Positions 1 to 8,285 of a DNA stretch of 46,248 nucleotides are shown one piece after another. The stretch comes from Pseudomonadota bacterium (lineage in GTDB: Bacteria > Bdellovibrionota_B > Oligoflexia > Oligoflexales > CAIYRB01): positions 1 to 46,248 of the forward strand of contig JANOTL010000032.1 in assembly GCA_031416315.1 (NCBI GenBank), given 5' to 3'. The first letter of the stretch is position 1; every line of letters begins with the position of its first letter. A program made the position numbers and the translations under genes. The notes under the pieces are model-generated. The model ran no database searches. It had not been told where the DNA came from and was given only the letters and a program-made list of their open reading frames with translations.

Positions 1-2
1 AC

Positions 3-872
3 GCGTGGATGACCTACGGCATCCAGGATGCGATCATGCTCCGGCAGATGGCGGGGCAGGGGACGGGCGACGCCGCGTTCAAGCGCCTGGAGATGCAAAA
101 GCTACAGGCGATGCTCGGCTTCTGCGAGATCACCTCGTGCCGACGGCAAGCGCTGCTCGGCTACTTCGGCGAGACCGACGCCGTCGCCTGCATGAACTGT
201 GACGTCTGCCTCGAGCCCGTCGTGAGCTGGGACGCGACCGTCGAGGCACAAAAGGCGCTTTCATGCATCTTCCGCACCGGCCAGCGCTTCGGGGTCGGCC
301 ACCTGGTCGACGTCCTCCTCGGCGCGAAGACGGAAAGGGTGCAAAGCCTCCGGCACGATCAGCTCAGCACGTACGGCATCGGCACCGACCACGAGGAGAG
401 CGTTTGGCGCTCGGTCTTCCGGCAGCTGATCGCGCGCGGGCTGGTGCGGGTCGACGAGCACGGATCCTTGCTGTTGAACGACGCGGCGCGCGGCGTGCTG
501 AGGGGCGAGGAATCGCTCAGCTTGCGGAAGGATACGCGGCCGAAGCGTACGGCGAAGGCGAAGAAGCGACGGGAGCGTGTGGCACGGCCGGAACGGCAAC
601 GTGCCGCCGGTGGCGTGACTGCGCCATCGGACGAGGGTTTGGCTTACGGAGACCAGGCGCTGTTCTCCGCATTGGTCGCGCGGCGGAAAGAGCTGGCCAA
701 AGCTGCGAACATTCCGGCGTACATGATTTTCCACAACTCGACGCTGGAAGAGATGGCACGATTGAAGCCGACCTCTCTTCTCGAGTTGCATAGCGTGTCG
801 GGAGTGGGAGAGGCGAAGTTGGCGAAGTACGGGGAGGCGTTCGTTGAGGTCGTGAGAGGGTTCGATCCCTGA
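3..872 (+). CDS. recQ: ATP-dependent DNA helicase RecQ, C-terminal part (5' truncated by window edge)
   Basis: Zn-binding motif CRRQALLGYFGE..CMNCDVC, RQC winged helix (GQRFGVGHLVDVLLG, LSTYGIG, WRSVFRQL), HRDC domain (IPAYMIFHNSTLEEMA, GVGEAKLAKYG). The frame is open to the left edge. Confidence 0.96.
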   Translation, partial: AWMTYGIQDAIMLRQMAGQGTGDAAFKRLEMQKLQAMLGFCEITSCRRQALLGYFGETDAVACMNCDVCLEPVVSWDATVEAQKALSCIFRTGQRFGVGHLVDVLLGAKTERVQSLRHDQLSTYGIGTDHEESVWRSVFRQLIARGLVRVDEHGSLLLNDAARGVLRGEESLSLRKDTRPKRTAKAKKRRERVARPERQRAAGGVTAPSDEGLAYGDQALFSALVARRKELAKAANIPAYMIFHNSTLEEMARLKPTSLLELHSVSGVGEAKLAKYGEAFVEVVRGFDP

Positions 873-2885
873 TCAGCCGATGCCGAGCTCCGGTCCGAGT
901 GACGTAAGCGCCTGCCCTGCGACGATCATCGTCAGGACCGAGCGGGCCTGCGCCGGATCATTGGTCACCAATACCCCGTGGTCGATCTTTCCTCCGCGCA
1001 TCTGCAACGGATACCGCTCGCGAAGGTCCGCCGCCATTCGCGCGGCATCCCGGGTCGGCACGTGCATCCATACCGCTCGCGTCGCAGAGTGCAGCTGCCG
1101 GTCCAGGGCTAGGGCGATGCGACCCATCGTGTAGCGCGGGTTGACCTCGACGATCTTGCGGAGCGCGACAGGATTCGCGTCGCTCTCCCGATACAGGAGC
1201 GCGTCGAGTCCCGCGGGTCCGGTATATCCGGCACGCGCGAGCGCCGCGCCAACTTCCGTACCGACCGTCTCCAGCTCTTGGTAGACGCTGTTCTCGTGGA
1301 TTGCGCGCACGACCGGTTGCGGGAGGTCGTCGAGCTTGCGGCCCAAAACATGGCCGAGGTAGCGGCCGCGGGGGTCGGTGAGGAAGCGGGTGATGCCGAC
1401 CACGTGCGGCGAGGTCGCGCCGACCTCGATCTGGACGCTGAGGTCGATGATCTTGTCGAGCCAGGGCTCGACGACGACGGCGCCTTGGCGCGCGATCACC
1501 TTCGCGAGCCAAGCTTGAAAGGTCGCGCCGGCGGGCGTCTTGCCGTCGCAGCTGACGCGATGCATGTGTCGGCCGCTGGCGCCCAAGCTCGCCTTGACGA
1601 CGAGCTCTCGGCCCAGTCCCGCATCGATCGCGGCGTTCGCCGACTCCAGCGTACGGCAGACCGTTCCGTAGCCGTGCAGGCCGGCGGACCAGGCCTTGCT
1701 GAACACCGCCGGATCCGGCGGTAAGGCGAGCGGTCGACGCCACTTGAGCCCGAGCTCTTCTGCGCGTCGCGCCGCCGTCAGGCTCTTGCCCCAAGGCTCG
1801 AAGGTCTCGACCGCGCGGTTTTCGAGCACGCGCGCGGCTTCGTGATCCGCGACGATCTCGGGCAGGTTGAAGCCGGCGGCGGCGAGCGTCGCGAGGAAGC
1901 CGGCGGTCGGTCTTTCCTCGACGAGGACGACGTCCGAATCGAGGGCGAGAAAGAGCATGAGCCCGCAGAGATCGTGCTGGAGGTCGCGCGCCGCTCGGTT
2001 CAGAACGACACCGGGGCGACCCGCGGAGACTTCGTCCTCGCAGCCTGGATTGAACCAGAAGACGACCGACGGCCGCCCTTTCGAGCTGTTGTAGACGGCG
2101 AGCTCGGCGATGAACTCCTCGCTCAGGCCCGCCGCGCGCCGCGCTTCGAGGTCGAAGCCCAAGCCTTTCGCGCGGCCCGGCGTCAAAGGCGCGGGCAGAT
2201 GCTTCTTGTACCCCTCCCACTCGCTCAGCTCCGGCTCCCGCCAGCGGTTGAACCAGACGAGCCCGTGCTTCACGTGGCCGATCTCCTCGCGGTGCACGAG
2301 CTCCATGAGGTCCGCGGTCTCGCCGTCGCCGATGCGCCGGAAGAGGTCACGGTAATGCGCGGCGAAGTCGAGGTTCGCCTGCTCCAAGGTCAGAGCCATC
2401 TGCGTCACGAACGCGAGCGGCGAGGCCGTCCCGGCGACAGCATCCCAAAAAAAGCGGCTCACCGGCACGACGCCGAAGTCGACGCCGAAGTCCGCCATGC
2501 GCCGGCGGTAAAGGGTCATGTGCCTTTGCTCTTCCACGATCGTCTGCGCCAGGCCCGCGCGAAAGGCGGGCGGCGCCTCGGGAAAACGCAGCAAGGCGAG
2601 CGCCATCAGCTCCATCGCAAGGAGCTCGTGGTTCGCGAACGCATGGAGCACCAAGCCGCGCGCGGTGAGTTTTTCCTCGAGCTCACGCAGCTCCGGGAAC
2701 GCGACGCGCGTCCGACGCGCTCCGAGCGCTTGCAGGGCGAGCTCGGGCGGGCGCCCCGGTTCGGCCGGGAGCGGCCCGGACCAGGCCGGGCTCGTGTCCG
2801 AAAAGCCCTCGGGTCCAGGCTCGACGAGCTTCGCCGTGAGCGTGGTCCCGAACAAGACGGAAGCGGCGAAGTCTTTCAGCTCCAT
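873..2885 (-). CDS. DUF455 ferritin-like diiron domain fused to an ATP-grasp-like domain
   Basis: N-half has ferritin-like ligands HAFANHELLAMEL, EEQRH, LEQANLD, EEIGHV. C-half has ATP-grasp-like motifs VVKASLGASG, VVEPWLDK, GYTGPAGLD, EVNPRYTMG. Confidence 0.75.
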   Translation of the reverse strand: MELKDFAASVLFGTTLTAKLVEPGPEGFSDTSPAWSGPLPAEPGRPPELALQALGARRTRVAFPELRELEEKLTARGLVLHAFANHELLAMELMALALLRFPEAPPAFRAGLAQTIVEEQRHMTLYRRRMADFGVDFGVVPVSRFFWDAVAGTASPLAFVTQMALTLEQANLDFAAHYRDLFRRIGDGETADLMELVHREEIGHVKHGLVWFNRWREPELSEWEGYKKHLPAPLTPGRAKGLGFDLEARRAAGLSEEFIAELAVYNSSKGRPSVVFWFNPGCEDEVSAGRPGVVLNRAARDLQHDLCGLMLFLALDSDVVLVEERPTAGFLATLAAAGFNLPEIVADHEAARVLENRAVETFEPWGKSLTAARRAEELGLKWRRPLALPPDPAVFSKAWSAGLHGYGTVCRTLESANAAIDAGLGRELVVKASLGASGRHMHRVSCDGKTPAGATFQAWLAKVIARQGAVVVEPWLDKIIDLSVQIEVGATSPHVVGITRFLTDPRGRYLGHVLGRKLDDLPQPVVRAIHENSVYQELETVGTEVGAALARAGYTGPAGLDALLYRESDANPVALRKIVEVNPRYTMGRIALALDRQLHSATRAVWMHVPTRDAARMAADLRERYPLQMRGGKIDHGVLVTNDPAQARSVLTMIVAGQALTSLGPELGIG

Positions 2886-2971
2886 CCACAGAGACTAGCG
2901 CATCGTCTGGCAATTACGTACGACGGGCTCTCGGGTCGGGCATGGCTCGGAAGCGTCTTCCAAGCCCCGCG

Positions 2972-3005
2972 AATTTTTATTTTATTCCTTAAAATCAATT
3001 GGTTA
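2972..3005. promoter_or_regulatory. IHF-binding-like site
   Basis: AATCAATTGGTTA at 2993-3005 matches the IHF consensus WATCAANNNNTTR, with an upstream A/T tract (2972-2986), in a divergent intergenic region. Confidence 0.5.
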
Positions 3006-3030
3006 CCTTGATTCTGCCACTCGTGTCAGC

Positions 3031-3056
3031 TCAAGCGTCCCCGCCTCGATTCCGAT
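3031..3056 (+). promoter_or_regulatory. sigma28/FliA-like promoter
   Basis: TCAAG-N16-CCGAT ending 9 nt before the ATG at 3066. The same spacing recurs elsewhere in the window. Confidence 0.55.
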
Positions 3057-3065
3057 CAGTCGGTC

Positions 3066-4196
3066 ATGAAAAACTTAATGATCGCCCTAGCCGCGCTGGC
3101 CCTTGGCGCCGGGTGCAAATCGAATCCCAAGGCTGGCTCCAACACGGCCACGCTGCGCTCTGCCGACGTCGTGCAACAGGACGCGAAGTCCTGGAAAGAG
3201 GTCTTCCTCGACGAGCCGCAGAATGAGGACGTGCGCGTCGCGATCTCCGAGTGCTTGAAAGCCTTTGGCATGAAGTCCTTGAGCTTCGCGCCCTGGCCTT
3301 CCGAGCTGAAGGGTCTCTTGATCGACGAGGCGGAATCCATGCCGATCGCCGGAGACATCTTGAAAGGCCTGCGCGGCCTCTATCTCGTCGAAGGCATGAC
3401 GGACTTTTCGGGCTTGGCCTGCGGCGCCAAGCTCGGCGCACCGCAACCGGTCGTCTTCGACGAGAAGGTCTTCGTCACAAAGCGGAAGAAGCTCGGCGCG
3501 CTCGGCAAGGAGCTCGCCTACCCGATGCAGAAGTCCGGGAAGCGCGGCAGCATCTCCGGGACGAAGGGCGACTTCGCGCTCGACACGTTCGTGCACGAGC
3601 TGATGCACGTTTATGCGAGCCAGAAGCAATCCGTCTTCAAATCGCTGACCGAGCTGTCGTGGAAGACCGCGACGACCGACAAATTCGGCATCACCGCCAA
3701 GCTCGGCTTGGCCGACGGCGACAAGGGCGCGGACGACTGGAGCTACGATCCTGTGGCCTGCCGGCGCGGCGGCGACGAGGAAGAGACGGCCTCGGGGCTC
3801 GGGCTCGAGGACAGCGCGCGCGAGAACGCGCTGAAGCGGGATACGGACGACGGCAATCTGCACAAGAAGCTCATCGAGTCGACGAATTTCATCGATCAGT
3901 ACGCGTCGACGAACGCTCACGAGGACTTCGCGGAGACGGCGACGATCTTCTGGCGCGGCTCGGTGCGCAACGACTGGCCCGAGTACGAGTATAGAGAGCG
4001 CATGCAGGACGGGCGGCAGGCGCTGATCTTCGGCTACGAGCCGAAGAAGATCGCGCGGACGTCGAAGGCGCATCACGAGAAGCTGTGCAAATTCGGCCAG
4101 GCGATTTTCAAGAAGGACTGTGCGGCGCTGCAGGAAGAGAAGAAGGCCGAGAAGAAGGCAGACGGGAAAGACGCCAAGGCCAAGTCGAAAGACTAG
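3066..4196 (+). CDS. lipoprotein, putative zincin metallopeptidase
   Basis: Lipobox GAGC, HExxH motif FVHELMHVY, distal third-ligand motif YASTNAHEDFAE. Confidence 0.7.
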   Translation: MKNLMIALAALALGAGCKSNPKAGSNTATLRSADVVQQDAKSWKEVFLDEPQNEDVRVAISECLKAFGMKSLSFAPWPSELKGLLIDEAESMPIAGDILKGLRGLYLVEGMTDFSGLACGAKLGAPQPVVFDEKVFVTKRKKLGALGKELAYPMQKSGKRGSISGTKGDFALDTFVHELMHVYASQKQSVFKSLTELSWKTATTDKFGITAKLGLADGDKGADDWSYDPVACRRGGDEEETASGLGLEDSARENALKRDTDDGNLHKKLIESTNFIDQYASTNAHEDFAETATIFWRGSVRNDWPEYEYRERMQDGRQALIFGYEPKKIARTSKAHHEKLCKFGQAIFKKDCAALQEEKKAEKKADGKDAKAKSKD

Positions 4197-6019
4197 ATCG
4201 AGTCCTTGTAATCCTTCAACAAGCGCAGGCAAGCCTTCGCCACCGTCTGCACTCGATCGCCGCCCCTAACCTCCACCTCGATCGTCGCCTCCGCATCCTG
4301 CTGGGCGATGACGGCCTCGATCAGGCTCTGCAGCTCGTCGCTCTGGAAGCGCGCGCTTTCTTTCGACAGCTTATCGGCCATGAGGAGGACGGCGTTGCCG
4401 GTGGCGCGATCCTCGCGGTTCAGGTGCGCCGAGCGCATGACGAGCTTCAGGAGCGCCTTTTTCAACGACTTTTGCTCGTGCTTCGCCACCGAGGCTATGA
4501 GCTCTTCATAGTGCTTTAGGTAGAGCTGAATCTTGCGCGCCTTCGCCGGACTGAGCGCCCGATCCTTCTTCTTCGCCAGGCTCGAGGCCATCATGGTCAT
4601 GAACTCGCGCTGCGTCGGCCGCGCCTCGTGCTCGAGCAGGTGCTTCGGGAGCTCGCGCAGAACGGCGCGCATGCAGTAGACCGCGTCCCAAGTGATCCCG
4701 TCTGCGACCTTGTAGGGTCCGCGGGTCGACTTCGCGCGCTCGAAGCTCGCGTGGACGGCGCGGAAGCGCTCGACCATCGGACGATGGTAGCGCATCAGAT
4801 ACTCGGTCTGATGGGCGTCGAACCCGGTCCGCTCCAGGAGCTGCTCCAGGAGCGTCTCCTCGAAGGTGAGGTCGAAGAGCTTCACGATGGCGTCGCGGTT
4901 GAAGGCGTTGCGCTTTTTGCGCTCGCCGGTGAGAAGGAAGTCCCGGAGCTGCGCGAAGGTCTGCACCATCTGCCGTGCTTTGGCGCGCTGCTCGAGCAAG
5001 GCGGTCGACATGCGGTCGACGTCGTCGTAGCGATACTCGCTGTGGAAGAGGCCGAACTGCCGCACGGAGCCGTAGTCGATGATGCCGCCGTCGGCCAAGA
5101 TGTTGTCGCCGTCCCAATCCATCCACACGAAGACGTAGTGGCTCTCGAAGATGGCCGCAGAGCGCGCGAAATTGATCGCCATGGTCTCGGCGAAGGCCTG
5201 ATAGCGCTGGCGGGCCGGTGCGAGGTAGCCGGGCTCGCCGTTGCCGATCTGCCGGGCGACGAAGAAGTCGACCGCCGCTTTGAGCGCGGCGTAGTTGCCT
5301 TGGCGGAGATAGAGGAAGAAATGCGAGGGACGCAGGAGGTTTTTGCCGGCGCGGACGTTGATCGCCAGGCCGCCCTCGAAGCCGATGACCGCAAGCGTGC
5401 GCTCGGTGGGCACGCCGCTCCGGTGCAAGATCTCGCTGAAGATCGCGGCGCCGATGCCGGCGGTCAGGTCGGCGTGGCCGCAACCGTAGCAGACCTCGGG
5501 ATCGCCGGTCTGAAAAAAGCGTTTCTCGATGGCGGTGGCCGGCGACAGGGAGGTCGCGCCGGTGCCGCAGCTCGACACGTCCCAGGTGACGCCGTCGTGC
5601 GTGACGACGCCGTTCCAAACGCTTCTGCCGTCGCCGGAGGTGGTGCCGGTCTTGTCGGGATGCTGCAGCTGAAGATAGCGGGTCGCCATGAATTTGTGCG
5701 GCTTCACGTCTTTCGGCGGAAACTTCGTGCCATTGATCATGTCGTATTCGTTGATGATCTGGATGGCGAAGGTGTCGAGCACGGCTTTGCGCAGCTCTTT
5801 CGTCATCTTCCGCGGGTGCGAGGCGGGGACGAGACCCATCTCGACGGCGAGCTCGAAGTTGAAGTAGCTGACCTTGCCGCCGCGGCGTTGGCGGGCTTGG
5901 TAATCGACGTAGCCGCCGGGGACCGCCGCTTTATAGGGATGCGTGCCGTCGATGCTGCGAAGCTTCTCGTAAGACTCGGTAGCAGAGGCTTTGATCTGTT
6001 GTTTTCGCGTAGCGCCCAT
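4193..6019 (-). CDS. divergent SelO/YdiU-like pseudokinase (protein adenylyltransferase-like)
   Basis: YFNFELA, SGDGRS, SEILHRSGVPTERTLA, DGDNI and IIDYG occur in the order of the SelO motifs GDGRA, SEAMHALGIPTTRAL, NTDN and IDYGP. Confidence 0.65.
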   Translation of the reverse strand: MGATRKQQIKASATESYEKLRSIDGTHPYKAAVPGGYVDYQARQRRGGKVSYFNFELAVEMGLVPASHPRKMTKELRKAVLDTFAIQIINEYDMINGTKFPPKDVKPHKFMATRYLQLQHPDKTGTTSGDGRSVWNGVVTHDGVTWDVSSCGTGATSLSPATAIEKRFFQTGDPEVCYGCGHADLTAGIGAAIFSEILHRSGVPTERTLAVIGFEGGLAINVRAGKNLLRPSHFFLYLRQGNYAALKAAVDFFVARQIGNGEPGYLAPARQRYQAFAETMAINFARSAAIFESHYVFVWMDWDGDNILADGGIIDYGSVRQFGLFHSEYRYDDVDRMSTALLEQRAKARQMVQTFAQLRDFLLTGERKKRNAFNRDAIVKLFDLTFEETLLEQLLERTGFDAHQTEYLMRYHRPMVERFRAVHASFERAKSTRGPYKVADGITWDAVYCMRAVLRELPKHLLEHEARPTQREFMTMMASSLAKKKDRALSPAKARKIQLYLKHYEELIASVAKHEQKSLKKALLKLVMRSAHLNREDRATGNAVLLMADKLSKESARFQSDELQSLIEAVIAQQDAEATIEVEVRGGDRVQTVAKACLRLLKDYKDSI

Positions 6020-6105
6020 GTCCGATATATCGGAAGATGCGCGAAATATTTAGGGAAGGCCGTGGAAAAATTTGCCGCCCTTCGGGCGTCCCTCGGTGTA
6101 ACACA

Positions 6106-6786
6106 TTGAATTTCATTCTTTATTCTGGCGGCAACACGGCTAAGAATCGCACGCTCCATGCAGCGCTCGAAGGCCTCGTGAGCGCGCGAAGGCGGCGGGC
6201 GGACGGGCGCTCCATCACTTACGTGCCGTTCGCCGCGGCGGGATCCGACGCGTTTTATCGCCGCTTCGTGCGGCGTTATCGGCCATACGGCTTCAAGAAT
6301 TTTCATCACTTCCCGATCGACGTGCCGTTCACGCCGGACGCGCTGGAGAAGGCGCTCGCGAGCGACGCCATCTATCTCGCGGGCGGCAACACGTTCTACT
6401 TCCTGCATCACCTGCGCCGCTGCGGCCTCCTGACGCGCTTTCGCGACTACGCGGCCGCGGGCGGCGTCATCGCCGGGCTCAGCGCCGGCGCGATCATCCT
6501 CACGCCCAACATCGGGCTCGCCGGCTATCCGCCCTTCGACTGCGACAGGAACGACATCGGCTTGAAGGACCTGCGCGCGCTTAGTCTCGTGCCCTTCGAG
6601 TTTTTTCCGCACTACCATGGGCGCGCGCCGCTGCGCGCAGCGCTCCTCGACTACTCGAAACGCTCGCTAAATCCCTTGGTCGGCGTCGCCGACGGCGGCG
6701 GCGTCGTCGTCGAGGACGGGCGGCTCGAGTTCGTGGGCCGCACGGAGCTCTTCATGGGCGGCGCGCACGGAAGGCTGAGCGTATGA
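6106..6786 (+). CDS. peptidase E / S51 family peptidase (class I glutamine amidotransferase-like fold)
   Basis: DAIYLAGGNTFY, nucleophile elbow GLSAGA, FFPHY. The start is probably TTG at 6106 (the ORF is open from 6037). Confidence 0.85.
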   Translation: MNFILYSGGNTAKNRTLHAALEGLVSARRRRADGRSITYVPFAAAGSDAFYRRFVRRYRPYGFKNFHHFPIDVPFTPDALEKALASDAIYLAGGNTFYFLHHLRRCGLLTRFRDYAAAGGVIAGLSAGAIILTPNIGLAGYPPFDCDRNDIGLKDLRALSLVPFEFFPHYHGRAPLRAALLDYSKRSLNPLVGVADGGGVVVEDGRLEFVGRTELFMGGAHGRLSV

Positions 6787-6797
6787 CGGAGGCTCGC

Positions 6798-7640
6798 ATG
6801 ACGAAGAAGCCGGTCGACAAGAACCTGTTGCGGCCCGTTTTTCTCTTCGACGACTACCGCGTCTATCTGAAGATGATGATCGAGGGTCACGCGGAGACGC
6901 GCGGCTTTCGCACGCGGCTCGCGGAGGCCGCCGCCTGTCAGCCGTCGTATCTGACGCAGGTGCTCGGCGGCACGGCCGGCTTTTCTTTGGACCAGCTCCA
7001 CAAGATCAGCTGCTACCTCGAGCATTCGACCGCCGAATGGGATTTTCTGCGCGAGCTCTGCCTTCTGGACCGCGCCGGCAGCGCCGGCCTGAAAGAGGAT
7101 TGCCGAAGACGGCTGGAGGAGCTGCGCTCGCGGCACGGCGGCGCGATCGCTTCGATGGCCGCGAAGCCCTCGCCGCAGTCGCTCGAGGACATGACCTGGT
7201 ACGCCTCGTCCCTGCATCACGGCATGGTTTTCTGCAGCCTCAGCGCCGAGTCTTCCCGGCGCTCCGAAGACATCGCGCGGGCGCGGGGGATCAACCCGGC
7301 GCGTTGCGAGGAGGTTCTGCGGGGCCTCGAGGCGCGCGGCTTCGCCCTGCGCGACGCCCAAGGCTGGCGCGCTGCGACCGCCGTCCTTTTCTGGCGCGCC
7401 GGCACGCTCTACAACTCGAACCGCGACAACTGGCTCATGCACGGCCAACATCGCCGCTTGACGGGCTATGAGGGCGGCCTGCACGTCGGCGGGCTCTCTT
7501 CGGTTTCGCGCGCGCAGTTCGAGACGTTTCGCGCGGAGATCGAGGCCGAATACAGGAAGCGCATGGCCGAATGGTGCGAGATCGGCAGGGACGGCGGCGA
7601 AACCGTGGCCTTCTTCGGCATCGACTATTTCGAGGCCTGA
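6798..7640 (+). CDS. TIGR02147/DUF4423-like HTH protein
   Basis: FDDYRVYLK..GFRTRLAEAAACQPSYLTQVLGG N-terminal HTH, central WYASSLH, winged helix EDIARARGI..LEARGF. GGAGG RBS at 6788-6792 precedes the ATG at 6798. Confidence 0.65.
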   Translation: MTKKPVDKNLLRPVFLFDDYRVYLKMMIEGHAETRGFRTRLAEAAACQPSYLTQVLGGTAGFSLDQLHKISCYLEHSTAEWDFLRELCLLDRAGSAGLKEDCRRRLEELRSRHGGAIASMAAKPSPQSLEDMTWYASSLHHGMVFCSLSAESSRRSEDIARARGINPARCEEVLRGLEARGFALRDAQGWRAATAVLFWRAGTLYNSNRDNWLMHGQHRRLTGYEGGLHVGGLSSVSRAQFETFRAEIEAEYRKRMAEWCEIGRDGGETVAFFGIDYFEA

Positions 7641-7658
7641 TGTCTCCAGCACCGAGAT

Positions 7659-7806
7659 GGGGGCCTAGGCCGGAAAGCAGCGCGTGCCGAGAGTGCATCG
7701 TCTTTGGGGGGGTAAGCCGAGGTCCTGACGGGCGCGCTGCTTTCCTCCCTGCATCATGACGTGGAGCGCCGCGCGGGTCCTTGTGATTCTCCTGCACTAA
7801 GCCCCC
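7659..7806. other. nested inverted-repeat element (candidate structured RNA)
   Basis: Outer arms GGGGGCCTAG (7659-7668) / CTAAGCCCCC (7797-7806). Perfect inner 13-bp arms GGAAAGCAGCGCG (7672-7684) / CGCGCTGCTTTCC (7733-7745). Confidence 0.4.
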
Positions 7807-7838
7807 TTCCTTCACCCGGACTAAAGAACGCGCGGGTC

Positions 7839-7890
7839 TTTACACCTGCAAAGGTGTATGAGATAGTACACCTTGGAAGGTGTAAGGAGG
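7839..7890 (+). promoter_or_regulatory. sigma70-like promoter overlapped by two palindromic operators, followed by RBS
   Basis: TTTACA (7839-7844)-17 nt-GATAGT (7862-7867). Operators TACACCTgcaaAGGTGTA (7841-7858) and TACACCTTggAAGGTGTA (7867-7884). AGGAGG at 7885-7890. Confidence 0.8.
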
Positions 7891-7913
7891 GCTAAGTCAT
7901 CAAAATTGCTCCA

Positions 7914-8285
7914 ATGCGTAGAGCCCTCGGCTTGACCCAGACGGACTTGGCGGTGCGCTGTGAGACGACCCAGCAGCAGATCGCGAAGATCGAGACGGGG
8001 GTGGTGGACCCCAAGCTGTCGACGCTCAGGCGGATCGCCGAGGCGCTCGGTTGCGAGCTGACCGAGCTCTTCTACACGCGCACGGAGTTCCTGGCGATGG
8101 TGAGCGGCATCGTCCGTGACTCCGGGATCGACCTCGCCGAGGCGACTGTTCTCGACCTCAACACGATTTGCGGGCGCGCGACGGCGGGCCTGCCCAACTT
8201 CGATCCGCTTTGGGAAGAGATCGGCATCGACCGCGTCGCACGGAAGATCGTTTACCTCAAGGAACGGGGAGAGAAAGCGCCATGA
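7914..8285 (+). CDS. XRE/Cro-family HTH transcriptional regulator
   Basis: RRALGLTQTDLAVRCETTQQQIAKIETGVVDPKLSTLRRIAEALGC. The true start may be ATC at 7899 (see findings). Confidence 0.9.
   Translation: MRRALGLTQTDLAVRCETTQQQIAKIETGVVDPKLSTLRRIAEALGCELTELFYTRTEFLAMVSGIVRDSGIDLAEATVLDLNTICGRATAGLPNFDPLWEEIGIDRVARKIVYLKERGEKAP

Noticed and set aside
2911..2920. CAATTACGTA, identical to 10 nt of the IS inverted repeat
   Set aside because: Too short, with no partner repeat or transposase remnant. Chance cannot be excluded.
7659..7806. Retron msr-msd or SRP RNA interpretation of the nested inverted repeats
   Set aside because: There is no reverse transcriptase in the window. The SRP-like words (TCAGGACC, GGAAAGCAGC) are in the wrong order and lack the GGAA tetraloop arrangement.
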